A stretch of 59,866 nucleotides of DNA, counting the filler, from Circinaria calcarea (taxonomy: Eukaryota), in assembly GCA_051942165.1 (NCBI GenBank). It is 5 parts of 5 records of this genome, joined end to end, with 100 filler letters (N's around TTAATTAATTAA, not from the genome) between each part and the next. Parts side by side here need not be neighbours in the genome. Positions count along the whole stretch, not along the records: positions 1 to 11,905 come from JAVECS010000627.1; 4 more parts are not named here. One strand, 5' to 3'. The notes under the pieces were generated by a model. It was not told where the DNA came from, did not search any database, and saw only the letters and a program-made list of their open reading frames with translations. This document shows, piece by piece, positions 1 to 12,005 of the stretch. The position numbers and the translations under genes were made by a program. The number at the start of each line of letters is the position of its first letter. The stretch's first letter is position 1.

Positions 1-819
1 GGGACCGAGACACTGAGTCTAACCGGATTAGGGAATCCCCTTAATGGCGGTACCGGCCTAATACGCAGTGCTTTTCGGCCTAGTGACGATGCTACCATTC
101 TGGGGTATTTTATACCTGCTAATGCCATGATGTCCGTTGAGCTGAAACGCACAGCGTCGGTTCTTGAGGCTGCAGGAAAGCAAGATGTAGCGAAAGGATT
201 GCGGGAGCGAGCAGAGAGTATCGAAAAAGGTATTTGGGAACATGGGGTTGCAAAGCATAAGAAGTATGGAGATGTCTTCGCGTACGAAGTAGATGGCTAT
301 GGCTCGCAGGTGCTGATGGATGATGCTAACATACCCTCATTACTGGCGTTACCAATTTTGGGGTTTGTGAACGCTACTGATACGACATATCAAAACACAA
401 GGAGAATGATTCTCGAGAAGGCCGGGAATCCGTATTACCTTACCGGCAAGGATTTCTCCGGTATTGGAGGTCCGCATGTAGGTTTGACATACGCGTGGCC
501 GATGAGCAGGCTTGTTCAAGCTAGGACAAGTGATAAAGATGACGAGATTACGGCTAGTCTACAGGCAGTCCTACAGTCCAGCAGGCTGGGTTTGGTGCAC
601 GAGAGTATCAATGTCAACAGAATAGTGGACTACACACGTAAGTTCCGAATCTCCTCGCTCAAGATGTCATTCTAACATGTGCTAGGGGTATGGTTTGCCT
701 GGGCTAACTCCGTGTTTGCTCAAACAATTCTTGATTTGGCCGCCCGGAAGCCTTATCTGATATTTGGTGAAGGCGCTAGCCCCTATGTTATAGGGGAAAA
801 AGCCTCGAGGAAGGTATAA
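1..819 (+). CDS. Glycoside hydrolase family 125 (DUF1237/Mug157-like exo-alpha-1,6-mannosidase), 5'-truncated by the window start
   Basis: Open frame from base 1 with RSAFRPSDDA, YEVDGYG, MDDANIPSLL and GIGGPH motifs. GT-AG intron 638-685, then RVWFAWANS to TAA at 817-819. Confidence 0.85.
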
Positions 820-972
820 TTTAGCTGGAGTTAATTAATAATTTAATAGATGGCGGTTACAAGCATTTCAAACCCTGTTCTGACGAAGAGTCTTCTTGGG
901 GCAATGCATCCGTGCTCTTTTACGGTTCAATAAACCAGCATTCGTACATCTATCGTAATCCCAACCCCCTTT

Positions 973-1815
973 TCACGGACTCAATCTCTCAATCTTCCAT
1001 GTCTGCTCTCCCTTTCCCTTTCCCTCTCCTTCTCCCTCCCCCTCTCCCTCGACCAACGTGTACCGAAACCGATCATGCAACCGGCTCTCCCTGCCCTGCC
1101 AAAACTCCACCACCCTCGGCACCACCCTCATTCCCCCCCAAAACTCCGGCACCGGGATCCTCTCCTGCCCTTCAAACCTCCTCTCCACCTCCCGCACCCT
1201 CTTCTCCAGCACCTCCCGGCCGCCTTCCGCCTCGGGCAACACCTTGCTCTGCTCGCTCGCCCACGCCCCCACGCGACTGCCCCGCGCGCGCAAATCGTAA
1301 TACCGCTGACTCTCCTCCTCGCTCAGCCTCTCGACGGCGCCCTCGACGCGGACCTGCCGCTCAAGCTCGTGCCACCAAAACGCCAGCGCCGCCTGCGGGT
1401 TCGACCGCACATCGGCCGCTTTCCGGCTCGTGTCCCAGTTCGAGTAGACGACGAAGCCGCGGCCGTCGAGTTCCTTGAGGTAGACGTAGCGCGACGAGAC
1501 GGCGCCCGCGGGCAGGGACGCCGTCGACAGGCAGACGGTTTCCGGCTGGTGGACGGCCGAGGCTTGGGCGTGCGTGAACCAGGTGTGGAATTGGGTGAAG
1601 GGGGAGGGGGCGAGTTGGGTGCGCGAGAGGGTGCCTTTGGTGTATTGGTCGGCGCGGGCCGAGGAGGGTTGCGGACCGGCAGGGGCAACTGTGGGAGAAG
1701 GGAAAGGGAGGGATTAGCTTAGAGGGTGAGGAAAAGTGAGGGAGGGGAAGGAGGGAGGACAAGACGGAACCGTACAGATGAGTTTGCTCGTCGACGTGGG
1801 GGCGGTAGAAGCCAT
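973..1815 (-). CDS. PDX3: Pyridoxamine 5'-phosphate oxidase
   Basis: ATG at 1815 and intron 1775-1689. Motifs SSRYVYLKELD, RQVRVEG, GAWASEQS, P.FWGG, EFWQGRESRLHDRF and C-terminal ERLSP. Confidence 0.93.
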
Positions 1816-2421
1816 ACGGGTTAATTGAGAAAGACGAATGCCGGGCGTGCGCATTGAACAAGGTGACGATGTATACTTTTACTTTGCAACCGATGTGGGT
1901 ACGTGGTGGTTGGTATGTCTTGGGCAGATCACAAATACATGTGATCCCAGATCGAATTGTCACTGAACCCTAAAGTTGACGCTAAGACCTGGACAAGGCC
2001 TGGACATCTCCGTTGTCATACGGAACATATGGCTGACCCCTCTAATTGTTTTGTTTGAGCGTTGGAAATGACTTTGTTACGTTGATTAGTATGTTTGAGT
2101 TTGGTTATATACTTTATTTTGCAACTATGTAGATAATGAGTATCTCCATCTAGTTGTGAGTTGAGATTGTCTAATCCTATCGTACAGGTTCCACACATAG
2201 CCACCATTACCAACGGGCCTATCTGCCATGTGACACCAGCTCGACCGTAGTAATACAGGAGCACACCCAACGTTGCGCCTGAAGATGTGATAAAATTCAT
2301 GCTTGCCGCAACCTGGTAACGCCTTTTGGAGTACATCTGTGCTCGGGTATCTATTATGTCGTAAAAGAGAATGAAAGATTCGCCAAAGGTAGCTCTTCTT
2401 GAGGATAAAGTGTGTTGTCCT

Positions 2422-5400
2422 TTAGCACCACAGTTCCGGTGTCGTAGAAGGCACAGCACTATTGACTCTGCTGATACTAGGTCCTAACAAGTCTGATATC
2501 TTCCCTGATACTGCTGATGGATATCCTCGTGATAGCATCTCGTGTACCACGTTCGACGCACCGGTTCGGTCCTCCACAGCAAGGAAAGCTCTTGTCATAG
2601 CTTCATATGTACTTGGCTCCCTTTTATCCCTTCCAATACCATCATAAAATGACTTGGACTTTGCAATGTCTTGTTCCGTGGCCCAGCCTTTGATAAGAGA
2701 ATTTGCAATGTATGGCGTCATCTCCACACGTCTGGCAGACATGTCCTTAAGAATAGCCTTTGTGTCCTTCACGCAATGATTCGCACTCATTGACTCTATG
2801 AGAGCCTGGTATAGGCATGCTTGAGGCCGAACGTTCGTATTGAATAGTACATCGTCAAATATCTGACGGGCGCCAACCATGTCATGAAGGGCACATCCTT
2901 TCGCATGGATTAAGGCGGCGTAATGAGCGGCCTCAGGATGCTGACCGGACGCGCAGATCGTGCTAAGCACCGCTTCAGCAGCCACCACATTAATAGGATC
3001 AAGAGTTGCATAAGCTTCGATAAGGAGCTTGTAAGTGTGCATAGTAGGCTGGATCTTCTTCGATTGCATACGATGATAATATTCGAGGACCTTGGCACTG
3101 TCGTGTTTTGTGTTTATGAAGAATTGCATCATGCTGTTGTAAGGTGCTGCTCGAGGTTTGTAGTTGGATGCTTGTTCCATTTCCTCGAACATTTCTTCCG
3201 CCATGCTTTCGTCACTGACCCGACAGAGAGCATTTATGACTGTTCCAAACGTAACGCTGGTTGGACGAATGTTGCAAGTCCTCATTTCAGTGTAATATCT
3301 AAGGCAGTCGTCGATGCGTCGAGCTTTGGCGAGTTTCCCGATCAACACATTGTAGAGGAAGCTGGAAGGCTCGACACCCTCAGATTGAGCCCGCTGGAAA
3401 ATCTTAACGGCTTCGCTAGCTTCATCAAAGGTCTTGGTAGAGGCATTGAGGGTGGTAATGTATAAACCGAAAGTATTTGCCGTTGGCGCAGCACCAATAC
3501 TGAGCAATTCCTGATGGAACTGTTCAGCCATCGCTCGGTTACTTAGGGTCAGACAGGCGCCAGTCATAGCGTCTAGGATCGAAGCCCACCCATGTCGTAC
3601 AAGTCGGTTATGTGGTACAAAAGGGATATCACTTCTCGCCAACTCATGAATCTCGTGGACTAAATCCTTACGTCCCTCTTTGGCAGCAGCAGTAATCAAC
3701 TTGCCATAAACAATGTACCGCGGATGTCTTCCACTGCGCCGCATGTTTTTGAATCGCACCAGTATTTCCAATAGATTTATGCTGCTTCCAGAGCTATGTC
3801 TTTCAAGGTCTTCCATAATCAGCGTCGATCCTCTATAATCTGTAAGGGCCGCGTAGGGGTCGAAATTGTCCTCGGGCGACGAGACAGGAGTAGGAATGGG
3901 ATTTGACCGAAGGATCTTCGCAGAGGGCATCATTTCATGTTGTGAGGGTGATCCTGTCTGAACCTGCCATTTGTGGATTAGGTCTGGGCGTTGGGAGCTA
4001 ATGGCACCCAGTGATCTTTCGACAAGAGACATCGTTCGATTGTCAAGCGGCATATGGCTATCCAAAGCCGTTTCAAGAATCTTTGCAAATCTTGAAGAAT
4101 GTGCAATATCAAGACCTCGGCTACCGACAATGCCTGCTTCCACCTGAAGCGCCAAGCTCAAGTCTTGCAAGCTGAGCGCTGCAATATCGGCTGGACCCAA
4201 CCCGGCAAGTAGATGTTCAGTAATGGACGGTACAAGGCCTCCGTTCTCGATCATGGCCCAAATGAAGCTCATACTTGCTTGAGCGGTCGGGAAAATTCCT
4301 TTTTCGGACAGCGAGGAGCCAATCAACTCAATGCATTCATCCATTTCTTCCGTGATTGCAACGCGGTCAATGCCAGTATCCAATAAGGACCGGATGCGCG
4401 AGAACGACTGGCGAACCTGCATGAGACCTTCATCGACGTGGCCGCGTTCAATGAGGGCCACCGCATACATCGCCGTTGGCTTGATCAGAGCACTGGTAGG
4501 TTTCGAAGCCGTGGACAGTGTAGACCAGAGGTTCTGTGCGGATTCGAGATCTCCTTGGCGAATATACATGGCAAGCATTGCGATGGTTTCAGTGTTCGAT
4601 TCATCGATGTTCGAAGAGATGTAATGATAGGCCTTGGCGGCAGTCTCAACATGGCCTTCATCAGCTGCCGCTACACAGATGCGTCGTATCACTTGCATTC
4701 GCGAGCTGGCTGAAAGATTCTCCTCCTCTGCGTTTTTCAGAGCTTCCGCGAAATTTCCATTGTCAAGACAAGTTTGGATAAGAGCTTTAACAACAACGGT
4801 GTCTTGTACTTCCTGCAAACGTTCTGATCGTGACTCGGTAACGGTTGTGAAAGAATCCAAAATCTTGCCGTGGAACTTGCTGGCACCGTTTGCTTTCCCG
4901 CAGATCGCATATGCCTTCACCACGGCGGCGTAGACCTCACTGTCTTTGCGTTGGATGATGGAGAGTTTTCCATGATCATCGGCTATGGCCAGTGACTTGT
5001 ACCCGTTGTAACACTCCACAGCACTGATCAGGTCACCTGACTTGGCGAAGGCCTCGATCATGGGTGCAAAGATGGTAGCGAATGGCGCAACGTTATGCAC
5101 TTCCATATGACGGTATATAGGAATTATATGATCGATTTGGCCATGGGCAGCACAAGCATTGATTAGCAGCCGATAAGTGTTGGCAGAGTAGACGGGGTGC
5201 TGATGGCCTGCAATAGAGATTTTGAATATCCTAACAGCGTTGAGCAGGGCGTTGTCCTCCTCAAGGATATCATACTCCTCTTTCTGAGAGCGGAGCATAA
5301 AACTCTGTGGCCCCTGTAGGCTACCGAATCGAGCTTTGCTTTCCTCGAGAGACTTCTTTATGTTCACCACGTCAAGTGCCCTGTTCGAAAGAAGCTCTAA

Positions 5401-6384
5401 TAGGGTTGTGTAAGTGGCCGTATCAGGTAAGACCTTCCTCCGAAGCATGTCAGAATAGACGTCTAAGGCCTTAGGTACAACTTGCAGCTTGGCAACTGGT
5501 AAATGTATGGCAGCTTCTAATAGTCCATGATATGCTTTGGCGGTAGGCTGTACGTTAGAGCGAAGCATAGCCTCGAAGACTGCTGGAATTTCCGCATAGC
5601 GCTTGGCGCCACTGAGAGTGCTGATATGGTCTGTGAACGATTGAGATGCGATACTGTCGGATACAGAAGTGGCAGCAGTATCATCACTGATGGCAGATAT
5701 CGACTTGGGCGAATTTTTCTCCATGGTGGAAGCATCCGTGACGGATCCTGCCGATGCTCCATCAAAGCTGGTTGGCATCTGAGTCCCATGATTGGGAGAT
5801 AAGTCGGATTGTAGCTCGACATGGTAAAGTTTGCTCGGTACCTCGTCATTAAGCTGTGCAGCGGTAGACACCGCAGATACGTCTTTCTCCACTTTCTTAA
5901 TATCTTCCACGGCACTAGTGCTGTAGGCACGCTCCAGTCCCCCTCGAGCAAGCAAGGCATCACTCCGTAGGCCAAGCTCCTCTTTTTCTTTGCCCTTTCC
6001 ATCGGGCAACACCAAAGGGGCTTTCCATCCTATCCGCTTCTTGAATTGAAATTGTTTCCATTCTTTGTGCTCTCCACTAGTCTGATGTTTCTGCCATGCT
6101 TCATAGTACGCGTCCAAACCGCCGTCCCTACCGGTATCTATATTGGTAGCACTTCCCGTGCTACCATTCACAGTGGCAGCAGAGGTGCTCTGGAATGCAT
6201 TTTGTCCCTGCGATGTACCAGGTTTTCCAAACCTACTATATTTGTGGTGGCCAAGGGGCGGGAAAGATGTCGTGGACGATGCATAAGATGACTGTGCACC
6301 AGCTACGAGAGATTGGGCGTATCCATGAGGAAATGCTTTTGCGAAGCTATAACGTGCAACGTGGGAGAATGGCTTGAAAACCAT
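2422..6384 (-). CDS. Mitochondrial pentatricopeptide-repeat translation regulator (Cya5/PET309-like)
   Basis: Intronless 1320-aa ORF with repeated PPR-like units (YNVLIGKLAKARR, PTSVTFGTVINALCR, YNSMMQFF, PTMHTYKLLI) and a basic N-terminus resembling a mitochondrial targeting peptide. Confidence 0.85.
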   Translation of the reverse strand: MVFKPFSHVARYSFAKAFPHGYAQSLVAGAQSSYASSTTSFPPLGHHKYSRFGKPGTSQGQNAFQSTSAATVNGSTGSATNIDTGRDGGLDAYYEAWQKHQTSGEHKEWKQFQFKKRIGWKAPLVLPDGKGKEKEELGLRSDALLARGGLERAYSTSAVEDIKKVEKDVSAVSTAAQLNDEVPSKLYHVELQSDLSPNHGTQMPTSFDGASAGSVTDASTMEKNSPKSISAISDDTAATSVSDSIASQSFTDHISTLSGAKRYAEIPAVFEAMLRSNVQPTAKAYHGLLEAAIHLPVAKLQVVPKALDVYSDMLRRKVLPDTATYTTLLELLSNRALDVVNIKKSLEESKARFGSLQGPQSFMLRSQKEEYDILEEDNALLNAVRIFKISIAGHQHPVYSANTYRLLINACAAHGQIDHIIPIYRHMEVHNVAPFATIFAPMIEAFAKSGDLISAVECYNGYKSLAIADDHGKLSIIQRKDSEVYAAVVKAYAICGKANGASKFHGKILDSFTTVTESRSERLQEVQDTVVVKALIQTCLDNGNFAEALKNAEEENLSASSRMQVIRRICVAAADEGHVETAAKAYHYISSNIDESNTETIAMLAMYIRQGDLESAQNLWSTLSTASKPTSALIKPTAMYAVALIERGHVDEGLMQVRQSFSRIRSLLDTGIDRVAITEEMDECIELIGSSLSEKGIFPTAQASMSFIWAMIENGGLVPSITEHLLAGLGPADIAALSLQDLSLALQVEAGIVGSRGLDIAHSSRFAKILETALDSHMPLDNRTMSLVERSLGAISSQRPDLIHKWQVQTGSPSQHEMMPSAKILRSNPIPTPVSSPEDNFDPYAALTDYRGSTLIMEDLERHSSGSSINLLEILVRFKNMRRSGRHPRYIVYGKLITAAAKEGRKDLVHEIHELARSDIPFVPHNRLVRHGWASILDAMTGACLTLSNRAMAEQFHQELLSIGAAPTANTFGLYITTLNASTKTFDEASEAVKIFQRAQSEGVEPSSFLYNVLIGKLAKARRIDDCLRYYTEMRTCNIRPTSVTFGTVINALCRVSDESMAEEMFEEMEQASNYKPRAAPYNSMMQFFINTKHDSAKVLEYYHRMQSKKIQPTMHTYKLLIEAYATLDPINVVAAEAVLSTICASGQHPEAAHYAALIHAKGCALHDMVGARQIFDDVLFNTNVRPQACLYQALIESMSANHCVKDTKAILKDMSARRVEMTPYIANSLIKGWATEQDIAKSKSFYDGIGRDKREPSTYEAMTRAFLAVEDRTGASNVVHEMLSRGYPSAVSGKISDLLGPSISRVNSAVPSTTPELWC

Positions 6385-7386
6385 TTAGAAGATTAAGAGC
6401 CTCTCAGGCCCGGGAAGCAGATCTGAAAGTGGGGAGGTTAGTATAGGCTACTGGTATTGTGAGTTAAGCTTTGGTGGAACTTTGACTTACTGGCCAAAAG
6501 AATAGAACCGTGGGTGCAAGTTCATTTGACGGCAGGCCGTCCAAAAACGCGCATATGGGGAGGGCTGGTATAAGCCCAGGAGAGATTCCCCCAATGTGGA
6601 AGGAATGCTTGAGGATTGAACAAGTCACCGAACGTACTCTGTCCTGAAAGCGATTGCACGTCGTCAAGGTAGACAATGGATGCAAAAGTTGCTTGATTCT
6701 CCAGAGTGTGTGGAGAAGCCTGTACGAGAAGCACCGGATGGCCTCAGCTAAAAGCCGCTGCCGACTGAGATGAAGGATGCGGAGAACAAGGCAAAGGCTA
6801 TCACCTCTGGTCAGCTGCACAACTGGTCGGTGGATGATGTGAGAAACGGCCAGATATGGACACTCATCGACGCCCTCAGACGAAAATGCAATCGTGAGGT
6901 CAAGGAAGCGCTTCCGAATCTTTCCTTCGCGACGATTTAGTGGGCACTGTGATTGGTACGGAGGACTGATAGGGTACCACCCGCTTGGGTATTCGGCATC
7001 GGCATTCTGCAATTCCGGTTTGATCAACGCTAACATTAAAGGAATCGAAAATGCCCGATGACACGAGGCGGGTGAGCAAAAGTCGTTGCCGAGGACAATA
7101 TGATACTAGAGGACGCCTCACATATACATCACAGTATAGTCGATTCATAGGAGACCTTGAATGTATAGAATGTTTGATCCGGAGTAAAGACTCGCGCTAT
7201 AGGTAGTGGGATCCTTTCAGCGGCAACGACTTTTGCACACCGGCCTCATGAAGTAGCGAAGCGGTCATAGGAGAAAGATAGTCCAACTCTCCAAATAGTA
7301 GGCGCTGATGATGCGCTGGCTTCTGTGAGCGAAATTGCAGCTAAACCTGCCATTGACCACTGACCGAGTTTGCCTCGGTGTTGAGC

Positions 7387-9060
7387 ATGAGTCGTGGAGC
7401 AGAGCCAGGAGCGGCCGTCTCTGCCCCTGGCAAAGTGCTGATCGCAGGTGGTTACTTGGTCGTGAATAGAGCTTACACGGGCCTGGTCTTCGGCCTCGAT
7501 GCTCGAATCCATGTTCATATTCAGACACTACCAACGTCAGAGGGAGTGTCGCTTTCGGAGGTCATTGTGCGGTCCCCTCAATTTAGAGACGCGGAATGGC
7601 GCTATGGCTACCGTCTGACCGAGGACAACGGCGGCGTCGAGGTGATACAGTTAAGAGGGTAAGCTGATCCATGTTACGCCTGGGACTCATGGTGCAGCCT
7701 CTCAATCACGTACGCTGAGCTTGCTGTATAGTCAACTCGCATGTATGGCTCTCAATCTATATCTAGTTCATTACTTTCCTTCCATGTCGTTGTGGGTGGT
7801 CTCTATGTCTGGTTGAACTTGAAGTGATTACTATTCTGCAGAGGAGCATATTCATCAGCCAGCGTAATAGCTAGGAGCAATGCTGCTCTACTCTCTTGCA
7901 GACATCACTGATTATGCACTTTCTACAGTCACCCAGCTTCAACGCAGTTGCCGAACCCATTCGTGGAAACCACTCTAGCATATGCACTGAGTTACGTGTC
8001 ATCTCATACATCTGCAAGAATTGGACCTGCCTCGATTACAATACTCGCCGACTCCGACTACTACTCGGAAGTTGAAAACATTGATGCTAAGGAAGAGACT
8101 CCACGGAATCGATTCCGGGATTTCAAGGTACCACTTCACAAGGTACACAAGACTGGGCTAGGATCTTCCGCAGCGCTAGTCACGGCTTTCACTGCAGCAG
8201 TGCTGGAGCATTATCTTCCGGCTACTAGGAATGCACTACGAACGGCGACTGGAAAGACCCGATTACATAATTTGGCACAAGCTGCTCATTGTACTGCACA
8301 AGGGAAGATCGGATCTGGGTTTGACGTGGCGGCCGCTGTATACGGCTCATGTAGGTACCGGCGGTTTTCACCATCAATCATAGAGCAGCTGGGGGAATTC
8401 GGTAGGCCCGGCTTCTCAGGGAGGCTCAAGACTGTTGTGGATGATGATGCCGAAGCACCAAAGATATGGGACACCCAAATCGATAAAGCTGCATTTCATA
8501 TTCCGAAGGGCTTACGACTAGTTATGTGCGATGTGGATTGCGGATCTGAAACGCCTGGCATGGTCCAAAAGGTCTTCCAATGGCGCAAGGACCACCCAGA
8601 AGAGGCAGCTTTGCTGTGGGCGACGTTGCAGAAAGGAAATGAGGATTTCGCAGCAGAACTCCAAAAGCTTTCCGTCACGGCGACAGCAGGTGCCGCAGCC
8701 TACCACGACCTACGCGACATCATCCTTACCATTCGTTCGCTGATCAGAGAGATGTCCAGCAAAGCCGGCGTTCCCATTGAACCAAAGGCGCAAACCGACT
8801 TACTAGACGCATGTTCCCTTGTGCCCGGGGTTGTCGGCGGAATGGTGCCAGGAGCGGGCGGATTTGATGCCGTGGCACTGTTGATAGAAGAGCGCGAAGA
8901 CACCATCCAAGGATTGCGCAATCTTGTCGAAGATTACCGGGTTAATGTAGCGGAAGGCGAGGGCACAAATATCGGGAAGGTGAGATTACTGGGGGTGAAG
9001 CAAGAGATGGAGGGCGTCAGGGAAGAGCCAGCAAGGGCGTACCAAGAGTGGCTTCGTTGA
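7387..9060 (+). CDS. ERG8: Phosphomevalonate kinase
   Basis: SAPGKVLIAGGYLV, KTGLGSSAA, AQGKIGSGFDVAAAVYG and PGAGGFDA GHMP-kinase motifs. One 270-nt intron (7659-7928) joins the two ORFs in frame. Confidence 0.95.
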
Positions 9061-9946
9061 ATTCAAATCAAGATAAGAAGCTCCATGTGGAGTAGATCGG
9101 CGACCAAAGAAGTTGGCGGGTTTTCCCATCCGAATCTACGCAATGGAAATATCTCACTCAGCGTCCTGTAAATCTCTCTCTAAGGGCAAGCATATGGTAG
9201 TTTCTACTGGCGTGTCAGCCGGTCTTCCCGGAGCAGAATCTGAAGCTTAAATGCAGCTGCCCGCGCCCCGCCGCTTCCAAATAAATTACATGACACAGGC
9301 TGAGTAAGCGGGGGTCCATGAGCACCTTCCGTAGTCTACATGGGATAGTAGGATATCAAAAGCTACCGGGGTGTCAGTGAGCTTCACTACTCCGGATACA
9401 TTTGCATTATACTCGTCGCATTTGCCCTCCTGACCAGTACCATATCAGGGCCAATTGCTTATTCTCAGCATCTCACGGAATATTTCTTATTGGACCTTAC
9501 CGTCTTGCCGTTTCAACTGACAAGATTTCGTCATCCTCATTCGTCGAATCGGACCCCCCCACACCAAAAGCCGCAACGTCCGGAACAGTCTCGGATTGTT
9601 AATCTACCTAACCCCAGGAGGCGGGTGTACAACGTGCTTCTCAACTTTGGAGCACCCTTGCAGACGAGTCTTTGGGGTGAGCAACCTCTCACCAGGTCCT
9701 CTGATACCGATCGTTGGGACTCTAGATTCTTGCTTTGGAGAAGATCACACACGCATCCATTGCCGACGGTCTTAACGCCGTCCTGCAACGGACCCAGCAG
9801 TCGACCGCCTCTCCACCACGCGACCCGTCGATATCCGCTCACCGTATTACTGTTAATTCACCCTTTTATTGCATATCAAGAACTGCTCTACGCAAGAATC
9901 CTCCGAGTATTTTATCCCAGAAAGACAGCTGGTGAAAGTGGTGAAA

Positions 9947-10891
9947 ATGGCTTCAACGGACGGCGCTCCGGTAGTGGCAACCACTGCCCAAGATGCTGCT
10001 TCAAACCTTCACAATACGGATCATAATGAGTCCGCATCCCATCATCAAGCTTCATCCTCGACGGCAGACCCTTCTCAAGCCTCCTCGAAAGCGGTCGAGA
10101 TGACCAACCTGAGCTCTCAACCGAATCCACAAGGCATTCCCGAACCGCTCTCATCTTCCTCCACTGCACGAAACGAGATCGAGGATGTGGGGGAGGCTCC
10201 AAACGTTGGCACTGAGGATTCAAGTCCCGCATCAAACTTAAACAAGGAGAAAGCGTTGTCGCCTGCGACGAGCAGACCTGGTCTTGAGCGGGAGTATACG
10301 GTCCCAGCGATTGGGGCAGCAACAGACCAACCTACGCCCAAACTCGAAGCTTCGGAAATAGAAGCAGCGACTTTGATGATTACATTGCTATTGCATACAG
10401 GAGCGAGACACCCTTACAAGATCGATGCCAAGTACCTGAAGAAGAGGAATGTTAACGTGACGGATAACAATCCGATAAATATGAGCGTCTACACTCTCAA
10501 AGAACTCATATGGCGGGACTGGCGGGAAGGCAAGGCTACAATTCAACCTTTCCGTAGGCCATACCACCACCGCTAACTGTACTCTTTTAGAATGGGAACC
10601 CAGACCCGCCAGTCCCAGCTCAATACGCCTAATCCATTACGGGAAACTCCTAGACGACAAAGCTCACTTGAAAGGTTGCACCTACGTGCTTCGTCCCCAT
10701 GTATGCTTATGCTAACGTCGTGACTACCGTCAGATGGCCGGTTTATGATCGGAGATACCCCACACGTTGTCCACATGACCGTCAAGCCGCAAGACGTGGT
10801 GGATGATGAGGACGCCAGGATCGCCAAGGGGACGGCAAGGGACCGCGAAGGGAATGAGAGGAGCCCGGGGTGTAGATGTATAATCCTGTGA
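9947..10891 (+). CDS. Membrane-anchored ubiquitin-fold protein (UBL3/MUB-like) with C-terminal CAAX motif
   Basis: Disordered N-terminus, then SVYTLKELIWRDWREEWEPRPASPSSIRLIHYGKLLDDK and VVHMTVKP. Ends GCRCIIL-stop. Introns 10530-10590 (GC-AG) and 10675-10733. Confidence 0.8.
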
Positions 10892-11818
10892 AAAGAGAGT
10901 CATTTGGTTGGTGTGAGGGGGGGGCCTGTGGGAGATGGGCATCTTGTTTGTTTATCCCCGTTGCTTGAGTTGCCAGCGTAACGAGTTTTCTGTCTTTCTG
11001 CTTCTTCTCCCCTTGCAGCTTGCAGGATTTAAGAACAGCCCCGATGCATCCGCGTGGTGTAGTGTGGCATCGGTGTGGAGCCTGAGGTGGGCGTCTTTCA
11101 TGGAGAGGTGTGGTTCTTGGAGTATAAAAGGGGATGGCAGGCATGGGACATGCACTTAGCTTGGCAGGGGGAGGAGCTTCAGTTACGGGAACCACCTTGT
11201 ATTTATATTTCTTTGAAATTTCTCCCGCCTACCCTCTCTCTTTTCCCTTTTTGTATACATAGATGGGCATATGGGAATTCAATTGCTGTGAGGAGCTTGG
11301 AAGGTCTTTTTTGAAGTCGATATTTCAAATGGTACGGGGATTCGTAATTATGAAATGTGCGGTACTCAAAGGTTACTTGCTTGCATGGACTCGTGGTTAT
11401 GGGAGCATCAAGTGATTTAGATCATGGTTTATCTACCTAGGCGGTCTTCATCTCAGCTGCATTTAGGCTCCCCTTCAAACTCCTTTGCTGCTGCTGGTGG
11501 CCGGTAGCCCATGTCTAGGCATCACACAGCCTCTCACTTCCTCGGCACCTTCCGTTCACGTGCACGTGGCCTCCGATTTTCCAAACCAAGCAATCTTCTA
11601 TCTCGTCTTACCAGTTCATTCTCAACCGGCTCTCCATCTCCGAGTGAAAGTCCGCTCCTTCTCTCGTCTCGTCGCCTAAAAGTAAAGACCCCGATATCAG
11701 CCTTCACGTCCGGATAACCGCGGGCTCCACTCCCCCCCCCCCCTTTCCTTCTACCAACACCATTCCAAAATGTAGCAGGGAGAAAAACCGGAACCAAGCA
11801 ACTCACCAACAAACACAT

Positions 11819-11905
11819 CCTGTGGGAGATGGGCATCTTGTTTGTTTATCCCCGTTGCTTGAGTTGCCAGCGTAACGAGTTTTCTGTCTTTCTGCTTCTT
11901 CTCCC
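11819..11905 (+). repeat. 87-bp exact copy of 10925-11011 at the end of contig 1
   Basis: CCTGTGGGAGATGGGCATCTTG...CTTCTTCTCCC appears identically at both positions. Confidence 0.9.
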
Positions 11906-12005
11906 NNNNNNNNNNNNNNNNNNNNNNNNNNNNNNNNNNNNNNNNNNNNTTAATTAATTAANNNNNNNNNNNNNNNNNNNNNNNNNNNNNNNNNNNNNNN
12001 NNNNN
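11906..12005. other. Artificial contig linker (N44-TTAATTAATTAA-N44)
   Basis: 100-nt spacer with a six-frame stop linker, identical at four positions. Confidence 0.98.

Noticed and set aside
912..1963. Several overlapping Pro/Arg-rich ORFs on both strands
   Set aside because: Shadow frames of the GC-rich PDX3 gene.
6464..7148. ORFs of 190, 70 and 82 aa upstream of the PPR gene
   Set aside because: No recognisable motifs. Probably 5' UTR or divergent promoter sequence; a uORF role cannot be supported from sequence alone.
11950..11961. TTAATTAATTAA palindrome recurring about every 12 kb
   Set aside because: Always embedded in N runs. It is a synthetic six-frame stop linker, not a biological repeat.
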